Assembly: GCA_000388065.2 (NCBI GenBank)
Contig: KB932202.1
Length of the DNA: 50,209 bases
Strand: one strand, 5' to 3'
Source of the DNA: Fonticula alba ATCC 38817
Taxonomy: Eukaryota; Protista; Nucleariida
The translations under genes and the position numbers were made by a program. The notes below the pieces were generated by a model. The model was not told the origin of the DNA. It made no database searches and was given only the letters and a program-made list of their open reading frames with translations. Positions 35,461 to 46,761 of the stretch are shown piece after piece (within the stretch, counting starts at the first letter, position 1; each line of letters starts with the position of its first letter).

Positions 35461-37073
35461 ATGCCATCCTCCACGGGTGCCCCCATCCTGAAGGCCCCTC
35501 TTGGGGTGGAGAAGCACCGCAAGTACTTTGACAAGTGTCTGCTCGGGCCGATCCCGCACTACTTCGCCACCCTCGAGCCGTCGCGCATGTCGCTCGTGTT
35601 CTTCCTGATCGGGGGCATGGCCATCACCGACTCCCTCGAGTCGCTGAAGGCCAGCGGTGCCGGAACCGCTGTGGCCGACTGGATCTACATGATGCAGGTG
35701 GAACCGACGTCGGAAAACGGCGGTGCCGCCGGCTTCCGGTCCAGCAGTGTGCTCGGGTGCGGCGAGCAAATTTCCTCCGCATCCTCCGACAGCCCCATCC
35801 ACACCCTGGACACATCGCACATCACCATGACCTACTGTGCGCTGGCTGCTCTGGCCATTCTCGGAGACGACTTCTCCCGGGTCAACCGCGCAGCCATTGT
35901 CCAGCACCTGCGGTCGCTCCAGCGGGAGGATGGCTCCTTCCAGGCGGTTTCCTATGGTCCGGGCATGAAGGCACTTGACTTCACCGCTCCCGGCCCCGAT
36001 GGCCAGCCCCTGCCGGGGATCGGCGACAGCGAGTACGACATGCGCTTCCTGTTCAGTGCTTGCGCCGTATCTTGGCTGCTGGATGACTGGTCTGGCATCG
36101 ACCAGGTTCGCGCGCTGGAGTACATTCGCCAGAGCTACGTGCGTTTCGGTCGGCCATTTTGCCCTCTCCCATCAATGGCTGCCTCCGGCGCCTCCAACGC
36201 CCATCCATGCCCATTGACATGCGTTTGTATATGTCCATGCACTTACATGTTCGCGCAAACACATGCACATGCGCCCCCCTCAAATGGGCTCGGCCAAACA
36301 GAACTACGATGGCGGCTTTGGTCAGGGGCCCTTCTTGGAGTCCCATGGCGGCTCGACCTTCTGTGCTCTGGCCTCGCTCAGCCTCATGGGCAAACTGGAT
36401 GAGGCTTTGCCCGACCGGGACCACACCATCCAGGTGCGCCGTTCTTGCATCATCAATGGCCCTCCTGGCCAGCTGTGCACCTCCCTGACCTCGATGACCA
36501 TGCTCTCCCTGTCCCCTCTCCCTCTCTCTCGCCCCGCCCCTTCCACTCGGCCTTCCATGACCTAGTGGCTCATCCACCGCCAGCTGGAGCTCAGCTACAA
36601 TGGCCGTCCACACAAGGACGAGGACTCCTGCTACTCTTTCTGGGTGGGCTCCTCCATTGAGGTGCGCAATCGCCCACTGGTCGCCCGCCGCGCTTGCGCC
36701 CATCGCATGCACCTTCCCGCCCGCCCGCCCGCCCGCCCCCGCCCCCCCCCCTAACCCCTTTGGCAATCCCCAGCTCCTGGAATCCGGCCACCTGCCGGAT
36801 CATGCCAAAATCATGACCTACCTCTCCAAGTGCCAGTCGGTGATCGGTGGTCTGTCGTCTTCGATGGGCGGCTCGCCGGATCCGATCCACTCTTACCTGG
36901 GCCTCTGCGGATGGCACCTTTGCCAGAAGCACCTTGGCAGTGCCGGTGTCGAGAACCTGGACGATGCTCCGGCGGACTTCCCCCTGATTTCGATCGACAC
37001 CTCCCTCGACATGCCGCTCCATTCGGTTGAGCACATGAAGAAGCTGCACGCGCAGTGGAAGAAGCAGGACTGA
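35461..37073 (+). CDS. PGGT1B: Protein geranylgeranyltransferase type I beta subunit (Cdc43/PGGT1B), 401 aa
   Basis: Exons 35461-36138, 36302-36433, 36566-36661 and 36774-37073. HITMTYCALAALAILGDDFSRVNR, DMRF, ESHGGSTFCALASLSLMGKL, GRPHKDEDSCYSFW (Zn ligands D, C) and PDPIHSY (Zn ligand H). The pattern fits GGTase-I better than FTase or RabGGTase. CTAAC branch site at 36751-36755. Confidence 0.9.
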
Positions 37074-37575
37074 GTGTGTGTGTGTATGTGTGTGCTGGCG
37101 CTCAGGCCTGAGGGGGCACGCTTTTTGCGGTACCATGACCATCCAGGATTTGATCCACCATGCCCGACCCTTCTCAACAAACACATACACACACCCCGGT
37201 TGGAAAGAAAAACACCTTTCACCTTTGCCTCTCCCCCAACAAGAGGGGAGGAAGGGAAGGGGGGGGGGGGGGAGAACGGGAAGTATACTTTATAATGCAT
37301 TGTGCGCGGCGCACGAGGACACACACGTGCCATGCTCCCGCCCCCCCGGCAACTGTATAAGGGGCCCGGGAGGGAGGAGGGAGACAAGAGGGGTGGATTT
37401 GAGCTTTTGGAGGGGGGGAGGGGGAAATGACAAGAGGAAGGAGGGCGAGACAAATGCGCCCTCCAAGTCCTGCCCGCCCACAGAGGAGAGGGGGAAGGGG
37501 GGAGGTATAGACGGGGATCTGGCATGTGGAGAGGGGGAGAGAGGAGGGGGAGGTCGACGCGACAAAGAACAACAC

Positions 37576-39796
37576 TTAGTTGAGGTTGATCTGGGGGGCG
37601 GCAGAGATGTCACCAACGAAGGCGACGGTCGGCTTGGACTTGAGCATGCCAGTGACGAGCTGTGTGTGCGTGCGTGTGCAAGGGCGGCGTGAAAGGATGA
37701 GGCAAACAGAGAGGATGGCGTCAGAGAAATGCAACGAAGAGCGGCGTGAGAGGCCCGGCCCGGGAGGCGGCCAGAGGATGCACCCAAGGCGACGGGGACA
37801 ACCGGACGCGGGGAGGCAGAGAGAGAGAGATAGAGAGGACGGACCTTCTGGATGTCGGCGGCCGAGACGGCGTCGATGCTGGCCAGAGTGGTGGCCGAGC
37901 CGAGGAGCAGGTGCTGAGCAGCATGGTGGGTGGCGCCGGTGCGAGACTCGGCGGTGGTGAGGAGCTCCATCTTGGCGGCGTTCTTGGCGGCGGTCAGCTT
38001 GGCAGCATCAACGGTGCCAGTGAGGGACTTCAGGTGGGTGACCACGTCAGTGGCAAGGCCACCAATGGCGGCGGAGGGGGCCTTGAGCAGGACACCGTTG
38101 AGACCGGTGGCGGCGTAGCTCAGGCTGAAGGGGATCAGGGAGGAGGCCGGCTCGGTGGCGACAAGCTTGCCGGTGTACGGGGCAATGCCGCTGGCACCAT
38201 ACTTGACAGGGGAGTTGGCTGGAAAGGGAGGGGGGAGGGGGGGGGGCGGTGGCAGGAGAGGCATCGGGTTAGTCATGGCAAAGCACGGGGACGACAGCCA
38301 GCAGGGAAGAGAAGGGGGGAAGATTCATCGCTGCGTGTGTGCAGATGGAGAATGCTTGGGATGGAGGACGTACTGGACAGGAGCTTCTCCAGGACAATGG
38401 AAGCAGAGGCACGAGCATCGTTCAGGGGAACGCCCTCGAAGGCGATGGCCATGACGTTCTCCTCGATGTGGAGGTTGGGGATGTACGACTCACCGCCGAA
38501 GTACTTGGCAGCAGCCTTGGCAGTGGCGTCCTCGGCACCAGTGGGCAGGGCCTTGAAGGTGTTGGTGAGGGCGAACTCGAGATCAACAATGTCGATGCCG
38601 TAGCCTGGAAGGAAGGGGGGACGCAGGAGAAACCCCGGGAGCGAGAGCAGGGGCGGTCATGAGTCAGGAGAGGGGAGGGACTGGGGTGATGGAAGAGGAG
38701 CGGGAGAGAGAGAGAGAGAGAGATAGGAGCTCATCACCGGCCGACAAAATAGACCGCCAACAATGATGACGATGATGATGATGATGATGATGGCAAGGAA
38801 GGTCACTCACCGATGAGAGAAACGTTGTCGCTGGTCATGCGCTGCTTGAAGAAGTCCTTGACGGCGGTGAGCGGCTGGGCCGAGAGAGCGGCCTGGTCGG
38901 CGAACAGGGAGTTGCCATAGCCAGAGCGGAAGGCCATGTTGTGGAGGAGATCCATGGCAAAGGCGGAGGGGTTGGCCAGGCACTCGGCGGTCTGCTTGCC
39001 AGCAGCGACGGTCAGGTCGCGAACCTCGTAATCCTCGAAGCGGGTGTTGTGAGCAACATCAGCCAGAAGACCAGCGGCGTAGTCGCTGATTGGGGGGGGG
39101 AGGATAAGCAAGGGAGTTAGGCTCGGCAAGCGAAGCGGAATATGGGTCCCCCCCCCGGGCCGAGGCAAGGCGGAGAGGGAGGGAGGAGGGGGGGAGGCGG
39201 AGAGGGAATGAGGTGCGCACAGCTGGGAGGGGAGGAAATCGGCGCTCCAGATGAGGAGGTCGCGGTCGCGGAAGCGGCGCAGGGCAACACCCTGGAGCTC
39301 GGACTCACGGATGATGTTGACCGGAGAGCGGTTCTCGGTGGACTGTTTGCACACCCAGGCAGGGGTGAGGGGGGTGGGGTGGGGTGGGGGGGGGGAATGT
39401 CAGTGGCTGCTTGATGGAGACGCTCTTATTGGGGGAGGGGGGAGAGCGAAGGGAACATACCTGGAAGCCGAACATCGACAGCAGGTGAGAGGCACCACGG
39501 TTGGCAACGGTCTCGTGAACGGAGCCAGCACGAACAGCCAGAGACAGGGTCTGGGCGGAGCCGAGGGCCGGGGTGCTGGCGAGGCGAACGCCGTTCGAGA
39601 GGATAGCGGTCTGTGGGTCGTGAAGGGTGGTTAGCAAGGGGGAGAGGAAAGTGGGCGGAGAGGGGGAGAAACCAGAAACCGGGCGCCGGTAGCGGATGAA
39701 CGTACGGCAAACTGGCGGGACATGTTGAATCTAGTCTGAAAAGCCCAAAGAAGGAGGACAGAAGGAGGCGGGGAGTTAGGTGGGAAGGACAGACGC

Positions 39797-39828
<32 letters not shown>

Positions 39829-39970
39829 GGGAGAGGGATGGCCATGTAATTGGAGCGCCAGCACACAGGAGGGGGAGCGAGGGGGGCGGGCAGACGCTTT
39901 TCCTTGCTCCGCCAAGCCCCGCCACCTGGCTCAACAGCAAGCGTGAGGAAGTGCCCCAGCATGACAACAT
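37576..39970 (-). CDS. QCR2: Cytochrome bc1 complex core protein 2 (inactive peptidase M16 family), about 436 aa
   Basis: Exons 39926-39970 (presequence, less certain), 39706-39735, 39461-39610, 39221-39342, 38811-39085, 38374-38604, 37845-38218 and 37576-37659. VRAGSVHET..GASHLL lacks the HXXEH site. RESELQG, LHNMAF and end KSKPTVAFVGD fit core-2. MPP-alpha is the less likely alternative. Confidence 0.8.
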
Positions 39971-41097
39971 GACAGGGCACTCGGGCGAGGGGTGCCCTGC
40001 TGTGCATGGCTGGGGGGGGATTACATCACGGATGAGTGTGCCCTGGCGCCGGAGAAAGGCACTCCGCTGCGGTGGGAGAAGGGGAGAGAGTGCGTCGCAT
40101 GCGTCAAGGCGGTCGATCCATCTCACAGTGTGAATGCATCTCCCCGGGAACTGTCCTCCTCAAATGTGAAAAGACTGGGCGCATGCATCGACACAGGCTG
40201 GTAGGGGGGGGGGGGGGGAAGGAACGTGTATCCCTGCCCCGCCGCCCTCCGGAAGGCATGGGGAGATTGTTGGGCGAGAGGATGCGACACGACGCTGACG
40301 ATGGGGGGTGCGGTGGCGGAGGCGGCGGACAAAGGCAGGCTGCATGGAGGGGGGAGGGGGAGGGAAAGAGGCATAGGGAAGAGGGGGGGGGAGGGGCGGA
40401 GGGCGGAAGACCTACTCAAGCAATAGGGAAAGAGCCGACTTCTGCTTGTTGGAGACTAGGCCAGGGCGATGTGCCCCGGAGAGGGTCCCGAAATCACCCT
40501 CCCTCGCGTGGGTGTGCCTCAGGGGGGGGGGGGCCTCTCGCGCCAAAGGCAGGGAGGGACACCATCCAAACACACCACACATGCGCCTGACCCCGGGGAC
40601 AGAGAGGGTGGCCAGGGCATGAGCCTGGGCATGCCGCCGGGGGGGGCAGGGTGCCGCTGGGAAAGCGACGTTGCGCGTGCACACACGGCGAGAAAAAGGG
40701 CCAGGTCGGGAGGTGGCCTTTTCCAGGAGCGGGGCGGGGGGGGGGGGGGGTGAAGAACCCGGCCCTGATCCAACNNNNNNNNNNGGGGGGGGGGGGGGGG
40801 GTGAAGAACCCGGCCCTGATCCAACGCACGCACCACCCAGGACGAGGGCAGGCCAGGCAACAAGGCGGCCTCGCCGAAGATGGCTAGGGTTACTAAGGCG
40901 CGGCGGAGAGAGCGCCATTTCGGCCGGCAGCAAGCCGCCCAGTCTGAGGCAAGCGTGGCTCTCTACGCGTGTGTCTGTGTGTGAGTGAGTCCAAAGGTGA
41001 ATCTCAAGGACACGCACATAATGAACCCGGCGCAGTGGAATATCACAGCCGTGCACGGGCGGAAAAGAGGAAGCAGCAGAGCAGCGGAGCGAGACGA

Positions 41098-41103
41098 AGA
41101 GAG

Positions 41104-41142
<39 letters not shown>

Positions 41143-41204
41143 CAGAGAGACAGAGAGACAGAGAGACAGAGAGACAGAGAGACAGAGAGACAGAGAGACA
41201 GAGA
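41098..41204 (+). repeat. (GA)n followed by (GAGACAGA)n tandem repeat
   Basis: Directly visible. Confidence 0.9.
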
Positions 41205-42646
41205 GGCGGCGAGACGCTGGCGGCAGGTCGGCGCAAGCTCGGTGCGACACCACCATCCCTCGCACATTGGCACGTGCGGCCCCCTCAGCAAGGCGCGTCA
41301 TCTGCAGCCCTTCCCTCACCCGAGAGTGGGGGGGTGGAGGACACAATGCGAGGGCGGCCCATCCAGGTATCAACCGACCCTCCTGTGTGGGCAACAACAC
41401 ATGTTGCTCTCATGGATTGGCCCGGGGGCTTTTGGGTGCCTCCCCCGCAAGACTGGCTGAATCTCCGCACCGCGCGCCCTAGGCTGATCATTTGGTCTGC
41501 CTTCCGACAGCCGTTCGGCCCGCAGACAGCGCAGGAAGTTCGGCCTGAGGCGGGGGGCAAAGGGGCATCCGGAGCCGGGCGGGGCGGATGAGCGATTGGC
41601 GCGCATCGGCGGACCCTTTGAAATACCATCAATGGTATTTCTAATGCCATTCCTCCCGTGACACGGTGGCGTGATCTCATATCGACTCGGTGGTCGGAAA
41701 TCTAAGAACACCAACCTGTCGCCCATCCAGGCAGAACCGCGCTTTTTTTTATGCGCGACAAGACCGTGTGTGGCAGCCGCCTCTCCGTGATGCTGTCCCC
41801 CCATGGCAGGGGAAGGGGGACAGAGACGACCACCCATCAATTGGCGAGCGAACGCGGAAATGGGGACGCGAGATGTGTGCCCCCCTTTTATTGCCCGCCT
41901 CCTACCTCTGGTCTTGACTAAATCAACATGCATGCTTGTAGCAGGAAAGTGTGTGCGTGTGTGTCGATGACTGAAGACGGGAGGGAGGGAGGGAGAGAGG
42001 GAGCGACAAGAGTCACAGAGGAAAAGAGGGAAGCCAGCCCCCTCGCTTCTGACAAAGTTTCCGGGCTCCTTGCTTTCGTGCGACACCCCCCCCCCCCCCT
42101 CCTCCCTCCCTAGGACAGAAAACACCGAGCGGAGATCGCACTGTTTGAGAGTGCCCTCCCCTGGCCATTCCGCCGTAACCGTAGAACTCCGAGGGTCTCT
42201 CTCTCTCTGTCCGGGTGTTTGTTCCGCTGCCGCGTTCTTGCAATTGCCGAGCATCATGCACACACGAGCAGAGAGGGCCGACCTTCCATGCATTTGTCGA
42301 CACAACACCATAATAAGGTCTGCGCTCTGGCTCATGCCCCGCCAAAGAAAGAACCGAGATATCTCTCTTCCCCGGGGGCATTTGACGAAGAGCAAACAGG
42401 AAGAGGAACGAACCGACGGGATCGGAAGAAAGTTTTTATTGAGGGCTTTTTTGACTCGGAAAGTTTAAAATTGATTCTTTGGGACGAAGGCTGGGGGTGC
42501 CGGCGAATGCGTGGGGGGGGGGGGGGAGAGAGAGAGAGGGAGGGATGAGGGGGGAAGTACAGGGTAAAGAGTATCTGAAAAAGCTTAGCAGGCAAGGGAC
42601 ATCCAAGGGAAGCGGGAAGAGCCCGGTGTAGGGGAAGGAGAAATGT

Positions 42647-42695
<49 letters not shown>

Positions 42696-44297
42696 AGAGA
42701 GGGGGGGATATGCCCAGGGGGAGGAGCAGGAGGGCGAGGGTGGAGAGGAGCTGAAAAAGAGGAGACAAGTGCTCATGCACCGCGCATCTCTCTCTCCCGC
42801 TCTCGCTCTGGCTCCCTCCTCCCCCGCGACTCCCTCTTCTCGCCCCTTGCCAGCTCGCAAACCTGCTATTCCGGACGTGCAATGTGATGGTGGAGAAATG
42901 GAAGCGAGAGGGGTAGGACTCAGACCAGGTCCCCTCGGCCCGATGCCCCCTGCGAACGTCCTCAGACAGGAGAAGGAGAAGAAGAAGAAGGGGAGGAGGC
43001 GCGCAGGAAAAGCAAGGGACTTGCCGCCATGGCTACCGCGTCAGGAACAGACACAAACACACAAACACACACGCCACGATGCCACCACCACAGCCATCAC
43101 ACCACAGGGTGCGAGGCGGGGAACGGCGGCAGGAGGGACAGGATAAATGGCAGTTTTTGTGTAATCAAAAAGTAAACTCCGGAGAAGGATAGGAGGGAGA
43201 GGAACAGAGAGAGAGAGGGAGAGGGGGGGGGGAAGACAAAATGGCGACCGCACACATGTGCGCACATGTCGCCAGGGGGAGGGGAGGGTGAGAGGTAGCA
43301 CGGGTGGGGCAAGGAAAGTGCGTGCTGTGATCTGCACCAGCTACACACGTAGCTTGCTCCGCTACATCTCTCCTCCTGTGGGCCTCCCCCTGAGTCGCAT
43401 TTGTGGAGAGCAGAGAGGAGCAGCATCGGCACACGGGGCCGGCGATGAGATTCTCTGTGGGTGCCACCACACCGAGGGGGGAGGGGAGATGTGAGGGGGG
43501 GGGAGGGGGAGGGGAGAGGCGGGGGACAGCACGTGCAGCAGAGGTGCGTGTCTGTGCCCCCAGCCGGCGGCCATCGGCTGTATAGATGAAATGTGACGAC
43601 GGAGGGGAATGTTGCCGGGGAAGGAAGAAGGGAAGGCCTCTCGCCCACCACTTCTGTTCCGCGCGTGCCTCTTTGGAGAAGGGGGAGTCGCATGCTGGCA
43701 TGGGGACTCACACAACCAAAGGAGAGGAAGAGGAAGAGGAGGAGAGAAAGCACCACCAACCCAGAGTTGGGGAAAACTGAGCCAAATGGGGGAAAGCGGT
43801 GGGAAGGAGGATGTAGAGACGAAGAGAAAAAGACGGGAGAAGACGAAGGGAGGACATGGCGCCGGGGAGAGGGGGAGAGGGGGAGGGACCATAGGACGGG
43901 ACTGGGTGGAACGCGAGGAGGGAGAGGCCATGTGCAGGAAGGGGTGGGAGGAGGAGGCGCTACACACACCCACACAGGAGAGTGTAGCACATCCACAGGT
44001 AGCACCACACACCAACAGCAAGCATGTGTCTGTAAGTATCCTCGCGCTTGTGTCCTCCTCCTTCCCCTCTGTCGCGGCCGCCCTCTGCCTCGTCCTGCTG
44101 CTCTCCATCCCTGCATCCCTGCATCCGCACGTATGCACGCACACACACACACACACATACCCATGGTTTTCTCGGGTGGTCTGCCCCTCCGCAGTGCGAG
44201 GAGGGGGGAGGGGTGCGTGTGCGTGTGCGTGTGCGTGCGCGCGTGTGGGAAAGAGGGAGAGGGGGAGGAGGAGGATGGGGCTGGTGGCGATGCACGC

Positions 44298-45439
44298 TCA
44301 GATCATGCCGGCCTTGCGGAGCTGGGTGCGGACAACCATGTCATTGACGGCGGCCCACACGAAGCGAATGTTCTCGGTGTCGGTGGCACAGGTCAGATGC
44401 GGGTAGATGGTCTTCTTCTCCGGGGTCTTGTTGATGTCAAGGAACTTGCGAGAGATGAACTCGGCGGCCTTGTCGGGATCGGGACCATCTGTCAAAGGGA
44501 GGGACAGAAAGAGAGGGCAAACGAGCGAGCGAGCGGGGGAGGGAGGGGGAGGGGGGGGGGGGGGCAGGAGTGTGTCAGTTGCTGTGAAGCAGGGGAAGTG
44601 GTGTGCGTAACCGATGACAATGAGAAGGAAAAGACAAGAAGAAGGGGAAGGGTCGCCATACGCTTGTAGTCCTCGAAGGTCTTGCTGAGGGGGACGCGGC
44701 CAATCTTCTCGCGGAAGAGATCGACCTTGTTGAGGAAGAGCATGATGGAGGTCTCGGCGAACCAGCGCGAATTGCAGACATTGTCGAAAAGAGTGAGGGC
44801 CTCCAGCATGCGGTTCTGATCCTCATCCTCACGCAGGAAGAGATCATACTCGGAGAGGGCGGCGCAGAACATGACGGCCTGGACATCCTCGAAGCAGTGG
44901 ATCCACTTACGACGCTCGGAGCGCTGACCACCGACGTCGAACACACTATGGAGAGGGAGAGGGAGAAGACATTAGCAAGCTGGGCCGGAACCTTAAGAGG
45001 GCAAAAGCAGATGGGCGTGGGCAGAGGGGGCGGGAGGCCGAGAGGCCGAGAGAGACACATCGGCGGGTGGAAAACACATCAGGGATGGGGGACATACCGG
45101 AACTTCATGTCCTTGAAGCTGAAGCGCATCTCCGAGATACCCGTGGTCTTGACACGAGAACGAAGGATATCCTGCAGGTCGGGGATGTAGGACATGTTGG
45201 CCAGGCGGTCGATGGCATCGAAGTAGTACTGAGCCGAGTCGTTGAGCTGGAGCTCAGACGAGCGGGCGAAGACATCCTTGATGGTCTGGCAAGCCCAAAG
45301 CTCCTTGATGACCGCGGCGATCTCCGGAGAGAACTGGAAGTCCTCGCCCTGAGCCGGCAGGCTCATCAGGTACTCGGCCTTCTCCTGTGGGGAGGGGGGG
45401 GGAGAAAGAGAGCAAGAATGAGTGACGAGGCGGGAAACG

Positions 45440-45474
<35 letters not shown>

Positions 45475-45836
45475 GAGTGGGAAGACAGGGAGGCAGGGGC
45501 GGGAGGGTGGACATGTGCTCGGCGTACCTCCATCTCCTTGGAGACCCAAGGAATGGGCGGCATCAGGGACATCGAGCCACGGCAGAGGACCTGCATGGAC
45601 TGGATGGTGTTGGACCAGACGATCTCACGGAAGGCCTCGCACTCGGGCTGGGTGTAGCCGTCCTGGTGGAGAATCTTCATCTGCTTCATGATGGTGGACT
45701 TGCCGGACTCACCGGCGCCCAGCAGCAGCAGCTTGGTCTCCTTCTCGATGTGGCGGCCGTCGATGCTGATCTGCTTCTCGATGATGCGGTTCTGCTCGGA
45801 ACCGGGGTCCGTCGGCTTGGAGCAGCTGTTACCCAT
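44298..45836 (-). CDS. Heterotrimeric G protein alpha subunit (Gi / fungal class I-like), 356 aa
   Basis: Exons 45528-45836, 45098-45384, 44662-44945 and 44298-44488. [40 protein letters not shown] and TCATDT. N-terminus MGNSCS has a myristoylation Gly and a probable palmitoylation Cys. Kozak-like GCCACCATGG. Confidence 0.97.
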
Positions 45837-46513
45837 GGTGGCGGAAGGCGGCTGAACCCGGAGGCGGTACTGAGCCTATCTCTGGGGGGGGAAGGGGAGC
45901 TGATGGGGAAGGGGCGAGAGAAGGAGTGAGTGGCCTGGTGAAGCGCAGAAGAGGGGACTGACGCGAGAGCAAGAGAGAGAGAGAGAGCGCGCGCGCGCGG
46001 GGGGGGGAGGGAGACTGTGGTCGTACTGAAGAGGGAAAGGAGCCGGTGAGGGAAGAGACCAACGACCGGGAGAGGGGGGGGCTGAGGGCGGAGAAGGGGG
46101 AGGTATGCGACCCTTCAACTGTGCGAGCGGACGCAATCCGGAAGTGAGAAAGAGAGACGGAGTGTTAAACACGGCTAGCTGGCGGGGAGGTGGGAAGGGA
46201 AGGGAGGGGGAGACATGCTAGATGGTGGACGGGTGTGGGTGGGATAAAGGAGCGACAGGGCGTGGTGCGGGCGACACAGCGGGCGGGTGCACAGCCGCGC
46301 GACGTTAGGGGGGGTGGGCGGGGGGGGATGGCGACACTATCGAGGTAAAGCCTCCTCCCTTTTCGAGTGGCTGAAACTGCACACACAGCCTCAAACGAGA
46401 AGCTGGAAGATGTGCGCCCACATGCGGGTGTGCATGTGCGTGTGCAGGCGGCACCGATAGGAGGGGAGGGAACCTTGGAAGTTGTCCCAACGTCAGAGCG
46501 CTGCTACCGCTAC

Positions 46514-46515
<2 letters not shown>

Positions 46516-46584
<69 letters not shown>
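46516..46584 (+). repeat. (CTG)23 pure trinucleotide repeat
   Basis: Counted directly: 69 bp uninterrupted. Confidence 0.95.
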
Positions 46585-46586
<2 letters not shown>

Positions 46587-46726
46587 TTTACACACAAGCC
46601 TGTGACCGTATGCGAGCAAGGGGGAGGGAAAGTGGAAATGCCCCACCACGGAGCACGAGGAGGGAGAGGGGATGTGGCGGGGCGGGAAAGACAGCGGAGG
46701 AGGAGGAGGCGAGAGGCAAGACATGT

Positions 46727-46761
<35 letters not shown>

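Noticed and set aside
40741-40825. Direct duplication of poly-G + TGAAGAACCCGGCCCTGATCCAAC on both sides of a 10-N gap
   Set aside because: Identical sequence flanking a minimal gap next to homopolymers is typical of unmerged overlapping contig ends, so it is an assembly artefact rather than a biological repeat or target-site duplication.
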